Assembly (NCBI RefSeq): GCF_963676685.1
Contig: NC_092348.1
Coordinates: 88,970,001-89,034,000, forward strand
Source of the DNA: Mytilus edulis
Taxonomy: Eukaryota
Length of the DNA: 64,000 nucleotides
Direction of reading: 5' to 3'
The position numbers and the translations under genes are program-made. A model generated the notes under the pieces. It saw only the letters and a program-made list of their open reading frames with translations, ran no database searches and was not told where the DNA came from. Shown in pieces: positions 1-12,359 of the stretch (the stretch's first letter is position 1; every line of letters begins with the position of its first letter).

Positions 1-822
1 CTACACCATCTCATAAAACAGAGCTTTTTCTATAAAAATGAAAATCGTAGATACAAATTTCTTGTTTTGGGTTACAATAATTCATATTTTGTGAAAAATC
101 ACACTGAATCTCCCAGAAAATATACAGAAGATGATATTATCAAAATGCTGGACTTTTTGATCGACAATATATTTGTTGAGTTTGGAGGATTTATATTTCA
201 ACAGACAGTCGGTATTCCAATGGGTACTAATTGTGCACCCCTGCTGGCTGATTTGTTTTTGTACTCGTATGAAGCAGAATTCATTCAGAACCTTCTAAAA
301 GACAAAAAGAAAAAGCACCTTGCGAAATTCTTTAATTTTACTTTCCGATATATTGATGATGTTCTATCATTGAATAACCCATATTTCAGCCAATACTTAC
401 ATCTCATATATCCAAGTGAACTTGAAATTAAGGATACCACTGATACTAGAAGGACTGCTTCATACCTTGATCTTTTCCTCAATATTGACGTAGATGGACG
501 ACTTCACACGAAAATCTATGATAAACGGGACGATTTCAACTTCCCAATTATCAATTTCCCATTTCTCAGCAGTAACATACCCTCTGCCCCTTCGTATGGT
601 GTTTACATATCACAATTGATACGTTATTCTTGTGCTTGTTCACACTATACGGACTTCATATACAGGAGTGTGCTCCTTACGCAGAAACTGCTCCAACAAA
701 GTTATGAGGAGGACAGATTAAAATTGACACTCCGTAAATTTTATGGACACCATCACGATTTGGTGGATCCATACGATGTTTCGTTGACCAAACTAGCTAA
801 GGACATTTTTACCACATGGTAG
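1..822 (+). CDS. C-terminal reverse transcriptase of a Penelope-like retroelement (RT-last, Naiad-type); 5' part outside window
   Basis: Frame 1 is open from base 1 to TAG at 820-822. It has PLE RT motifs QTVGIPMGTNCAP, FRYIDD and YLDL and the thumb YDKRDDFNF..SNIP..YGVYISQLIRY. The ORF stops right after the thumb, with no C-terminal GIY-YIG. Confidence 0.88.
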   Translation, partial: LHHLIKQSFFYKNENRRYKFLVLGYNNSYFVKNHTESPRKYTEDDIIKMLDFLIDNIFVEFGGFIFQQTVGIPMGTNCAPLLADLFLYSYEAEFIQNLLKDKKKKHLAKFFNFTFRYIDDVLSLNNPYFSQYLHLIYPSELEIKDTTDTRRTASYLDLFLNIDVDGRLHTKIYDKRDDFNFPIINFPFLSSNIPSAPSYGVYISQLIRYSCACSHYTDFIYRSVLLTQKLLQQSYEEDRLKLTLRKFYGHHHDLVDPYDVSLTKLAKDIFTTW

Positions 823-2282
823 ATTGTGTTTTGTCATAATGTCGTCTAATCTTTTAATTACCAAACGTGACTTATTCCCGATTGTGACTGTTTTGCCGAG
901 TGTGAACTCGCATTACTATAAGACGTGGTACGGTACTTATCCATCCCAAATTCATGTATTTAGTTTAAATGTTTAATGTTATATTTGTAATTCTCATCGG
1001 ATTTTGTCAAATGTGTTGACGTCTTTTCTATTATATTTATGTGTTATGGTAAAGAAAATTAATCACCGCCTTCATTTATCAGATTTGATTTCGTTCAAAG
1101 TAATCAGTACGATATTTTACGTTTGAAGTTAGATTCATAACAAACCTGACATAGTTTTATAATATAGTTAATTGCTACCTCAGTTTTATATTAATAAGAA
1201 TTAAAATGTGCTTTGTTATTAAATGCAATATCAGTATTTAGTTCAAATATATAATCTTAAATTAATCCTAATTCTATCTTATTCATTCTTATGTGACGTC
1301 ATTTTTCATTTTTTGATGCTCTGTTTTACTAATTCAAATGACGTCATTTTTTTCGTCATTTTTCAGTTTCAAATAGGACGTCACTTGGCGTAGAGGTTTA
1401 AACGTATTCGGATGTGTCTACTTTTGTGTTTCAAATGTCTGGTTATGTAAATGTATTTCAGTTGTTTCCTGTAATTAGTTAATACTTCAGCTTTATCATG
1501 TACATCTTTTGTATATTCATTTTATTAAATTTACTGTTTGCAAAAGTATAAATTACTCTAAATTATAGGGATTTTCTGGTAACTTAACAGAAAACCCTTG
1601 CCGTTTTTGGCACAACCTTTTTGATCTTTTGGTCCTCGATGCTGTTCAACTTTGTACTCGTTTCGGCTTTCAAACTTTTGTATCTGTGCGTCACACCTAG
1701 GTCTTGTGTGGACAAAATACACTTCTGGCGTATTAAAATTTTGAACTTGTTGCCTTTTGTTGGCTGTTGTTCGTGTGATTCTTTGTCAATTGTGTTCTCC
1801 AATTTATTTATATTGTAGTCCTGTGTTGTCATTTTGATGTTATATTTCACATGGTCATAAAAGTGCGAGGTTTGGCATGCCACAAAACCAGGTTCAACCC
1901 ACCATTTTTTCCTTTAAAAATGCCCTGTACCAAGTCAGGAATATGGTCATTGTTATATTATAGTTCGTTTCTGTGTGTATTACATTATAACGTTGTGTCG
2001 TTTGTTTTCTCTTATTTTTGAGTGTAAATTCACATTGCGATAAGACGTGTCACGGTACTTGTCTATCCCAAATTCATGTATTTGGTTTTGATGTTATATA
2101 TATATGTTATATTTGTTATTCTCGTGGGATTTTGTCTATGTGTGTTACATTTTAGTGTTATGTCGTTGTTCTCCTCTTATATTTAATGCGTTTCCCTCGG
2201 TTTTAGTTTGTTATCCCGATTTTGTTTTTTGTCCATGGATTTATGAGTTTTGAACAGCGGTATACTACTGTTGCTTTTATTT
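1..2282 (+). mobile_element. Penelope-like (Naiad-type) retroelement 3' portion, inside a DCAF11 intron
   Basis: RT ORF followed by a ~1.45-kb 3' region with an internal direct repeat (~898-1015 vs ~2020-2145). It ends in GAACAGCGGTATACTACTGTTGCTTTTATTT; a related end occurs inverted near 8260-8287. Confidence 0.7.
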
Positions 2283-2972
2283 ATGACACTTATACACAAT
2301 GCTTATTACCACAAAACATAGATCAAGTTTCAATTTTGGTGGTGTCACGTTTACCGTTCTAGGGTTATGCCCCTTTACAAATAAAAAAATAGCTGGATTT
2401 TTCAATTCGGTTCTCTAACTTAAGTTTGCCTTATTTACAAAACTCTGGTCATGTACAAATTTGGATAGTGTCACTTTTACGGTTCCTGAGTTTTTTTGTC
2501 TTTTTAACATTATATGCAAGCGGGGCATCATCTGTGTGTGATTGGCACATTCCCCATTTATTTGGGTAGACTGTAATAGGTATATTATATTTTATTATGA
2601 TGATGGATGGTTATTTAATATCAAGCAGCAAATTAAATGCAAATTTTAGGAATGAGAACATGTTCACGAAGATAACAGTTAGCTGAAATACATGTCACCC
2701 TACCGGGGTTTAAACCACAACTTCCTGCATTCAAGCCAATCAAGGTGAAAAGGCTGCAATAAGACCACCAACATGACCAAGGCAACTTTATACTTTTGAA
2801 GGAAAATGTAAATTTGGTTGTAATTTCTAAATTTCAATCAGAAATGTATACTATGTAAATCATGTTGTATATTGTTATATATATGAAAGAATCATTGTCA
2901 TTATTTACATATGACAAAAAAAACCAGATTTATGTGTAGATTATATAATGCATAAATGTACTTCTTTTACAG

Positions 2973-3075
2973 ATCCAAATTTACGGATTTACAATACAGA
3001 AAATGGTAATTTTGACAAATTTAAAACCATCAGAGCAAGAGATGTAGGATGGAGTGTATTAGATACAGCATTTAG
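2973..3075 (+). CDS. DCAF11: DCAF11/WDR23 internal coding exon (first visible)
   Basis: AG/GT bounded; encodes DPNLRIYNTENGNFDKFKTIRARDVGWSVLDTAFS, matching the DCAF11 motif KARDVGWSVLD. Confidence 0.93.
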
Positions 3076-3627
3076 GTATACATGTATATATAAACATAAG
3101 GAGATGTGGTATGATTGTCAATGAGACAACATTGACCAAAGTTCAATTGAAGTGGATGTTAGCAATTATAGGCAATCGTTCGACCCTCAACAATGAGAAA
3201 AAATCCATAGGTATGGTCGGTACTTATAGGCTCCTACATGAAAGATATGTACCAATTCAATTCAGAAACTAACGGTGTAATTAATAACAAAACAGTTCAT
3301 GAAAAACAGATATGACAGACATTAACCAGCCATAACCACTGAACTACAACATTGTTAATTTCATTAACAAGTGCACATGCGTCCTTTGTTTCTAGTGTAA
3401 TTTATCATATCACTCTACTGTGCTGAGAAAGGAAATTATCAATCAGTAACATGAAAGAAAAATTTCGTTAAATAGCGATAAATGTTGATATAAAATTATT
3501 CATGGAGATCTCCTGCCTGCATGAAAACTCCTGTAAGATCTAATTTAACTTGTTTAACCTAGAAAATGTAGAAACTTTTATACTTATGTTGTATACAGTG
3601 ATTTCAATGTTTTGTTTGTTTTTTCAG

Positions 3628-3671
3628 TCCTGATGGCCTCTACATGGCATATTCTAGTTGGTCAGACTGCA
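3628..3671 (+). CDS. DCAF11: DCAF11 exon
   Basis: ttttcag/gtaagt; encodes SPDGLYMAYSSWSDC; phases fit neighbours. Confidence 0.92.
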
Positions 3672-4401
3672 GTAAGTGGGTTTTTACATTTTATTTGGAC
3701 ACATTAGGGTCCTTGAACTTTGTATTTAAAGGATTAAATGAAAAAAAATTCTGTCCTGAGTTATAGAACATTAACCTGATTTAAAGGTCATTGGCTATTT
3801 GAAAGTTTAACAACAGCCAAAACAAGTTGTTAAGAAAGTTCAAAACTATTTAAAACTAAAATTAGAACAAGTCATGTAATTTAAACAAAGTAAAAAAAGA
3901 ACTCACATTGTAAATCAAGATAACATAATGTGTATATAGTATTATAGTATTTAAAATTAAAAAGAGTGGTCTTGCATTTCCTTGCCTGGAAATAATATTT
4001 GAATTTACAATTGGTTGAAAAAAGAAGATACCAAAAGGGGTGGGGTAGGGAAAATCAATAAACATTAGTTAGATTAGGAAACATTACACTATGGAAAGAA
4101 GAAAAAAGTCTGTGAAACAGTCAATATTTAAGCCATTTTAAGCAGTGTAAACTTTGGTGATTCAAAGAGTTAGAAGTTCTGTCTCCACTAGTGCCACCCA
4201 TTGTGTTACTGATGACACATAAAAACTCATATATAAGGAAAGAGGAACAGGGTTATGGAACATTCTTTTGATAAAAAAAAAATTGATATGTTATAATGAA
4301 TAGTTTAACAGTATAAAATGGAATAACATAATTCACTAGATTATTTTTTTTAAGGTAAATATTCTACTTACCTTATTTACTGGAATTCCTTTTATTTTTA
4401 G

Positions 4402-4525
4402 TTCATCTATGCAATATATATGGAGAAGAAGACACACATAAATCGTTACATCTGTTCCCAGGGGATCATAGCTTCAGTATTTTCTCTCTCGCCTTTTCTT
4501 CTGACAACAGAGAAATTCTTGGTGG
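4402..4525 (+). CDS. DCAF11: DCAF11 exon
   Basis: Encodes IHLCNIYGEEDTHKSLHLFPGDHSFSIFSLAFSSDNREILGG; AG/GT. Confidence 0.93.
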
Positions 4526-5166
4526 GTAAGTATAGCTACTAATATAGTCAACTAATATAATACATTTATTTCCCGTGCCTGAGGGAAATGTGAAGATTTG
4601 TTCACCCCAGAATATTCATATTTCACGAGGGCTGTGCCCAAGGGATATATGATTATTTGAGGGTGAACAAATCTTTATATCTTTATAAGCCAAGGGATAT
4701 GAATGGTTTGATCCACTGCCTTTACTTTGTTTTCTTCCTGAACATAAGATATAAGTTTGCATACATTTTTTTTCCAATCCACTTGTTTTTATAACTAAAC
4801 ATGACATATAAATTGGTAAACAGTACAGATCAAAAGTTGATTGTAAGTTTTTTTGCTTTAACGTCTGAAATAAAATTGAACAAGATAATGATTTTTGCTA
4901 TCAATATTTTAAAAAAAGAAGTTCAAAACTTTATGGACATTAACCACGCTTAATTTCGCATGCATGATGTAGTCCCGACATTTCAGAGGGGAATGTGAAG
5001 ATTTGTTCAATGACACGTTGGAATAGTCTCAACTAAGACAGTATTATTACTCCTTTCTAAATCAATCAACTTTAACTATGTAGATTTTGTCTTGATTACA
5101 TAAAGATTTTAAAGTGCCTGCTTAATAAAGGATATCAATGATTTTTAGAATTCATTTCTTTTGTAG

Positions 5167-5224
5167 AGCTAACGATGGTTGTTTGTATATATATGATAGA
5201 CATGAAGATAAAAGAACTTTGAAG
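5167..5224 (+). CDS. DCAF11: DCAF11 exon
   Basis: Encodes ANDGCLYIYDRHEDKRTLK; AG/GT. Confidence 0.93.
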
Positions 5225-5633
5225 GTTTGTATAAAGGTTCCATTACAAAGAACATTATTAATCCTTAAAAAGACCAGAAGTGTATGTCAAATAAAAAAAC
5301 AGGAAATACCCAGCTGGAAATAAAAAAACCCACTAAAACAATACAGACTAACAGATAAAACACTACCCAGGAAAAGCAGTGATTGGGCAATATGAACCAA
5401 ACAAAATACCAGGGGTCAAGTGCTCTGCAAAGGTCATCAAACCCTGATCCACTAGAGAAACCAATCAAATTACTCATATATGCTTGACTTCACTTTAAAT
5501 AATTTGTGTATTTTTTATAAAGATTAAACAATTTATTTTTTTTAAATTGTAGCAGTTATTATCAATTTTGATGTGCAGTTGAAAGGTTGTAGAGGCGAAG
5601 TTAAATTTTCAACATTATGTTTTGGTTTTGTAG

Positions 5634-5726
5634 ATTGATGCCCATGAAGATGATGTTAATGCAGTAACTTTTGCAGACGACAGTTCACATATTCTGTTCA
5701 GTGGTGGTGATGATGGGTTGTGTAAG
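5634..5726 (+). CDS. DCAF11: DCAF11 exon (WD40 repeat)
   Basis: Encodes IDAHEDDVNAVTFADDSSHILFSGGDDGLCK; AG/GT. Confidence 0.95.
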
Positions 5727-6113
5727 GTGAGACATATTTGTACTTTTATAAAGTGGAGATTTTCAATTGTGAAGATCCTGATTTCATGTTTATATCTTTC
5801 TTTTGAATTCAACCTGTGCACTTTGCAGAAATCAGCAAAACAAGGTTGAAAAAGCCTGCCAATTATATTCAGTTTTGATTGCACTTATCCAGAGTCATAT
5901 ATTAAAGAATGCCTTAATAAAAGGAGACGGAAGGGAGGAGATAATGAGGCAGCAACCCAATGTCACAAAACCAAAAGAGTTTGGAGTCAAAGACCTTTTT
6001 CTATTAAAATCTTTTTACAAACAATGGGTAGTAACTTGTAAGTGGGTTCAATTTATAACAATGAGGCAATCTTATTACTACTAAGTTTTAAACTCTCTGT
6101 GTGTTGATTATAG

Positions 6114-6206
6114 GTGTGGGACAGAAGAACCTTAAGAGATGACAACCCTCTACCTGTTGGTGTATTAGCAGGACATTGTGATGGAATTACTTATATAGAT
6201 CCAAAG
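6114..6206 (+). CDS. DCAF11: DCAF11 exon (WDxR/DWD box)
   Basis: Encodes VWDRRTLRDDNPLPVGVLAGHCDGITYIDPK; AG/GT. Confidence 0.95.
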
Positions 6207-6504
6207 GTTAGTCCTATAATATAGTTAGGAGATACAAGACAAGAGAAGAAATAAAAACAGTAACTTGATCAGGTTTTATGACAGGATAATGAATGGAAGA
6301 CATGAACAGAGAAATATGGAGTGAAATATTAAAGAAGTGCCAATTTCACCTAACTTATTATGGTGTCAACAACTAGCATTTTTATATTACTCTTTGTTAT
6401 CAAAAGAGAATTGCTCTCTTGCTAAAAAAATGTTTATTCCATGTTTTTATACAGTAATAATGAATGGTGTATAGTTTAACTTATTTATTATGCTTTTCTT
6501 ACAG

Positions 6505-6594
6505 GGAGATGCTCGATACCTGCTATCAAACTCAAAAGACCAAACAATGAAATTATGGGATATTAGGATGTTCTCCTCACAGTGTGCTATTTCA
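6505..6594 (+). CDS. DCAF11: DCAF11 exon
   Basis: Encodes GDARYLLSNSKDQTMKLWDIRMFSSQCAIS; AG/GT. Confidence 0.95.
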
Positions 6595-6613
6595 GTAAGA
6601 AAAAAACTAATTA

Positions 6614-7877
6614 TTTTTAGCTCACCTGGCCCAAAGGGCCAAGTGAGCTTTTCTCATCACTTGGCGTCCATCATCGTCGTCGTCATTAACTTTAAAAAAA
6701 ATCTTTCCTCTGAAACTACTATGCCAAATTTAACCAAACTTGGCCACAATCATCATTGGGATATCTAGTTTAAAAAATGTGTGCAGTGACCCGGCCTACC
6801 AACCAAGATTGCCACCATAGCTAAAAATAGAACATATGGGGTAAAATGTAGATTTTGGCTTATTACTCTGAAACCAAAGCATTTATAGCAAATCGGACAT
6901 GGCGTTAAATTGTTTATCAAGTCAAGATCTATCTGCCCTGAGATTTTCAGATGATTCGGCAACCGTTTGTTGGGTTGCTGCCCCTGAATTGGTAATTATT
7001 TTTAAGGAAATTTTGCCATTTTTGGTTATTATCTTGAATATTATTATAGATAGAGATAAACTGTAAGCAGCAATAATGTTCAGCAAAGTAAGATCTACAA
7101 ATAATTCAACTTGACCAAAATGTTCAGTTGACCCCTTAAGGAGTTATTGCCCTTTATAGTCATTTTTGTTATCTTTTACAAAAATCTTCTCCTCTGAAAC
7201 TACTGTGCCAAATTTAACTATACTTGGTCACAATCATCATTCAGGTATCTAGTTAAAAAAATGTGTGCAGTGACCCGACCATCCAACCAAGATTGCCGCC
7301 ATGGCTAAAGACAGAACATAGGGGTAAAATGTAGATTTTGGCTTATTACTCTGAAACCAAAGCATTTAGAGGAAATCTGACATGGAGTTAAATTGTTTAT
7401 CAAGTCAAGATCTATCTGCCCTGAGATTTTCAGATGAATCGGACAACCGTTTGTTGGGTTGCTGCCCCTGAATTTTAATTTTAAAGGAAATTTTGCCATT
7501 TTTGGTTATTATCTTGAATATTATTATAGATAGAGATAAACTGTAAACAGCAAGAATGTTCAGCAAAGTAAGATCTACAAATAATTCAACATGATCAAAA
7601 TGGTCAGTTGACCCCTCAAGGAGCTATTGCCCTTTATAGTAAATTTTTAACAATTTTCTTAAATTTTAACAAAATATTTTCCTCTGTAACTAATGGGCGA
7701 AGTTCATTATAGATAGAATAGATAGAGATAATTGTAAGTACCAAGAATGTTCAGTAAAGTAAGATCTACAATACATTATCATCACCAAAACACAATTGTG
7801 TCATTAATCCATCTGTGTCCTTTGTTTAATATACACATACACCAACGTGAGATACAGGCTCTTAAGAGCCTCTAGTT
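6614..7877 (+). mobile_element. HINE-like element with two ~480-bp internal repeats
   Basis: AGCTCAC..hairpin..GTGAGCT start, (CGT)n, tandem cores, terminal palindrome GGCTCTTAAGAGCC-TCTAGTT. A second copy is at 50048-52265. Confidence 0.7.
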
Positions 7878-8344
7878 TTGAGTAGAAGTTTTTATTTAAT
7901 ACATGTAAAAAAATGAGGCAACTCTCCACCCAAGTCACAATTTGTAAAAAGTAAACTATTATAGGTCAGAGTACGGTCTTCAACAAGAAGCCTTGGCTCA
8001 CACCAAACAGCAAGCTATAAAGGGTCCCAAAACTGACAAGTGTAAAACCATTCAAACTGGGAAACCAACAGTCTTATCTATTTAAAAAAAACAGAAACAC
8101 CTATGAACCACATCCTCATGCAACAACTACTGAACATCAGAATCCATGACTTAGGACAGGTGCAAACTTATGCAGAGGGTTTAAACGTTTTTATGGTACC
8201 AACCCTCACCCTTATCTGAAACAAAAGTGTAACATCACAACATAGAAAACACACTTTAAAATAAAGGCAACATTGTTATATTGCTGTAAGATGTTAAACA
8301 ATTACAGAAAAACAACCTTGAACAAAAAGCCACCAAATATATTA

Positions 8345-8626
8345 CAGTGACTTGACTGTTAGTGTTGCTCTCCACCAATTGGAACTCATTCAAAATTTTG
8401 ACCAAATTGCAATATGTTTTATTAAACCAAATTGATCAACTGCTCAGAATTTTGAACAAATTGTTCAGTCAAATATGTGAAAGTGCAAGGTGATAAAATA
8501 AAACATACTTACAATCCTATAAGACTTTAACTCAACTTTAATGATGTTGTGACAAAATTAGACTATCTGTTTGTATAGGTATATTATAGTCATTTCCATG
8601 CTGAAGGAACTGTCATTACGCAACGA

Positions 8627-8662
<36 letters not shown>

Positions 8663-9738
8663 CGTCCATCCGTCCGTCCGTCCGTCAGTCCGTCCGTCCG
8701 TCAGTCCTGTTTCTTGTCATCGCAACTCCTCTCAAACCACACAACAGAATTTCACGAAACCTTTTCAGATAATAAGGTTGTGCATATCGACGGGAAATTG
8801 CGATTCAATTTTTTTTCTAGGAGTTACGCCCCTTTGAACTTATTTACTTTAATGTACTACTGCAACACTTTGTCATCGCAACTCCTCTGAAAACACACAA
8901 CAGAATTTCATGAAATTTTGTAGATAATAAGGACATACTATGTATATTGACAGGAAATTATTATTCAATATTTTTTCCTATATAATTTTTTTTTCTTATA
9001 CTTATTTAATTTCTCCAATGACAATGTGGGGACGTGGGGTATGTGAGCGTACTCACTAAGGTTCTTTAATTTTGAATTGCTATAAAAATGTCCAAACTAA
9101 GCTTTTATATAGTTTTTCTTTCTAAAAGTATTCTATATTCATAAGAATCAGATATCATTTTAAATAAAACATCATATATTCAGTAAAATATGTGTGAAAT
9201 AACAATATGCTCTTGATAAGTTTCCATTGGGAGATAACCTAAAATATTATTCTTTTGAATAAAGACTTTTTGAAAGAAAAAAATGATTTTCTCCCCATGG
9301 AAACTTCCTACAAACATATTGCAATTTTACACATATTTTACTTAATATGAAATGTTTTAATTCACATAATGTCTGATTCTTATGAATATAGAATACTTTT
9401 AGAAAGAAAAAACTATATGATAGCTTAGTTTGGACATTTTTATAGCAATTCAAAAAAATAACAGTTCCTTCAGCATGGAAATGATTAAAATATACCTATA
9501 CAAACTGATAGACTAATTTTGTCACAACATGATTAAAGTTGAGTTAAAGTCTTATAGGATTGTAAGTATGTTTTATTTATCACCTTGCACTTTCATGACT
9601 TGGTTGAGGTTTTTTACAGCAGTTAGTTCAAATTTCTGACCAGTTGAACAATTTGATTTAATAAAACAAATTGCAATTTGGTCAGAATTTTAAACAAGTT
9701 GCAATTTGTGGAGAGCAACACTAACAGTCAAGTCACTG
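8345..9738. mobile_element. Foldback / Tc1-mariner-type non-autonomous element with nested insertion
   Basis: CAGTGACTTGAC...GTCAAGTCACTG ends, TA TSD, ~450-bp inverted arms; the left arm is split by an insertion at ~8614-9068. Confidence 0.8.
8614..9068 (+). mobile_element. HINE/pearl-like (Helentron-associated) element
   Basis: 5' hairpin CGCAAC-GAA-GTTGCG, (TCCG)n microsatellite, two core repeats, 3' palindrome GTGAG..CTCAC, inserted in a T-run. Confidence 0.65.
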
Positions 9739-10007
9739 TAATGTACACAGGTAAAAAAAAAAAATTTGTTGTAAGGTATACAGTTTAAATGGAGAATGGA
9801 AATATAAACATGTTATCTCAGGGGAATGGGGATAATTAAATGACTTTATTTTCAAACAGCCTATTTAAGGTCATCAATAATTAACATTAAATAGTTTCTG
9901 GTGCTGTTTAAATGTTATATTAGCTTTAGACCAATATACATATTTCTATTGTTTTCAATTTTTGCATCACTAAATTTCTCAATTTAGAGTATGAATGATT
10001 TTTACAG

Positions 10008-10071
10008 AATACGAAAAAAGCAGTTTCCAAACAACGATGGGATTACAGATGGCAACAGGTCCCTAGGAAAG
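10008..10071 (+). CDS. DCAF11: DCAF11 exon
   Basis: Encodes NTKKAVSKQRWDYRWQQVPRK (DCAF11 signature WDYRWQQVP). Confidence 0.94.
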
Positions 10072-10346
10072 GTAAATCATCTTTTCTCAAAATCATGTCT
10101 TACAAGTTGGCTCATCAAAATTATAACGCTTTGAATAAGAATTTACAAATCAGTTAAGTTTTTGAACTTTTTTTTTATGAGATTCACATGCATTGTATTC
10201 ATTTTGCCAAATCATCTTTTGCAACCTCTAAAAAAAAGTATTAAAATCTAAAAGAATCTGATAGCAGCTTTCCACAAATAAGTCATGGTACTACATTTGA
10301 CATTCAAATTTTTCTTCAATAAAATTCTATCTGGTTTTTTTTTCAG

Positions 10347-10499
10347 TACAAGCAAAGAAGACTTTAGAAGGAGATACTTCAGTGATGACTTACAGGGGAC
10401 ATTCCATTCTCCATACACTCATTAGATGTCACTTCTCACCACAATATACAACAGGACAGAGATATGCTTATACAGGGTGTGCTACTGGAGCAGTTGTCA
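10347..10499 (+). CDS. DCAF11: DCAF11 exon
   Basis: Encodes QAKKTLEGDTSVMTYRGHSILHTLIRCHFSPQYTTGQRYAYTGCATGAVV. Confidence 0.95.
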
Positions 10500-11354
10500 G
10501 TATGTAATATTTACTACATCCCTCCCTAAACATAATCTAGATACCAAACGTGACAGAGATATGCTTAGTCTGTGTGCTAAAGCACCAATTGCAAATATGT
10601 ATATGTTTATTACCCCTTTCCCCTTCTATATCATTGCCTAATTACATCACAGTACAAAGATAGTGTGTTTTTTTTATAGAAACAATAGGAAAGTAACTCT
10701 TGCTTCAATTTTGTAATATAAACCTACCTATAGATACAACATCACTGTGTAATGTTACTCATATAAATGTAGGATGACCATTACAGTATCTGTTCAATCC
10801 ACCATGTTCTACATAAGAAAATACCTGTAATAAGTCAGGAATATGACAGTTGTTATCCATTCGTTTGATGTGTTATATCTTTTGATTTTGGCCATTTGAT
10901 TAGAGACTTTCCATTTTGAATTTTCCTCGAAGTTCAGTATTTTTGTGATTTTACTTTCTACTGTACGATATTCAGATACTAGAGATATAATTTTTGCATA
11001 ATCTGTCGAATTCTTCTTATGAATAAAGGTGTCCTCTTAATTATCACTGTAAAGTAATATTACAAAAATTGTCAAAATTAAAAGCCTATGAAATCATACT
11101 AGAGAATTGTTATATTACAACAGAAGTCAGATAAGAAGAGATTTAAGAAAAAAGAAGACAATTAAAGGGATGCTATATAAAATGATATACTTATGTTTTA
11201 TTCATATCAAAAAACATACGTTGTATTTTAAAACTGCCAAGATTTACAAAATCTTATGATTCAGAAGAATAGTAATTCATGGGATTATCAAATATGTTTA
11301 ACTGAGAAGAATCTGAGAAGATTTTTCTATAGTAAATGATTTCTGCTATTTCAG

Positions 11355-11461
11355 TATATGATTTGCTGACTGGAGAGATTGTTACCAAGTTGACTGGACA
11401 CAAACAGTGTGTAAGAGATGTGTCATGGCATCCATATGAGAACACACTAGTTTCCACTTCG
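11355..11461 (+). CDS. DCAF11: DCAF11 exon
   Basis: Encodes IYDLLTGEIVTKLTGHKQCVRDVSWHPYENTLVSTS. Confidence 0.95.
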
Positions 11462-12359
11462 GTAAGATCATCAGCATTTTTGTTATGTTCAATGCTTGAA
11501 CAATGAACAAAATAACATGTTTAATGATATCAAAAAAAAGAAAATTCAACACCACACACTTCTGTAATTAAAATTTAAGCAAGACATTTTTTATACGCCT
11601 ATTGTATTTTGGTACCGGTATACCAAAATCTTTCTGTCTGTTCCTGAAACACACTTCGTAGTTTCACTCAATTTGGCTTCAACTTATTATCATATTACTT
11701 AAACACAACTTTAGAATTGACAGAAGAAAGCTCCCTTTCATTTTTTTTTTATTTTTAGCTTTGTTGTTCCAGAGTTAAAGAACTTTGACCCTTAGATATA
11801 AGGCAATTTTCACTTACTTATTCATAGATTGGTCCCTTCCACACTTGATATCTGTGGAGGTTCTTGGAAGAAAGCTCACTTTTCAATATTTTTTTTGTTT
11901 TAGATTTCTGGCTTAAATGTTATTGGACTTTAAAGTTGTCAGATTTTAGTTTATCTTTCACATATTGTACCGTTACCATAACTTGTGCTTGCTCTGATTG
12001 ATATAGTGTAAACTTAAAATAATTGTTGGAATTGGTGTACAAATCAAATTGTTTCATTTAAAAAGAGGGTGTGCTTAGGCATGTGTTTCTACTGGTTTTT
12101 TTTCTTGAAATTGATAGCTAAGTTAATATTTGGTTGGTTGAGAACTTTTTATACACCCTTCTGTACATGGTATTTCCCTAAGACAACTTTGCATGATGTA
12201 ACATGTGGTTTATATAATGTGTCCTTGTTGGTTTTTTGTTCAGGGCAAACTTGATGCCTATGCCTAGTTTAGTTTATTTCAGGTGTATGATAAAAAATAG
12301 AAAAGACTGTATATTTGCACAATATTTATGACATTTCAATTATAAAATCAAAGAAATAA

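Noticed and set aside
823-2282. SECIS in the 3' region of the Naiad at the window start
   Set aside because: No ATGA-N10-12-AA..GA hairpin found, and no in-frame TGA in the visible ORF.
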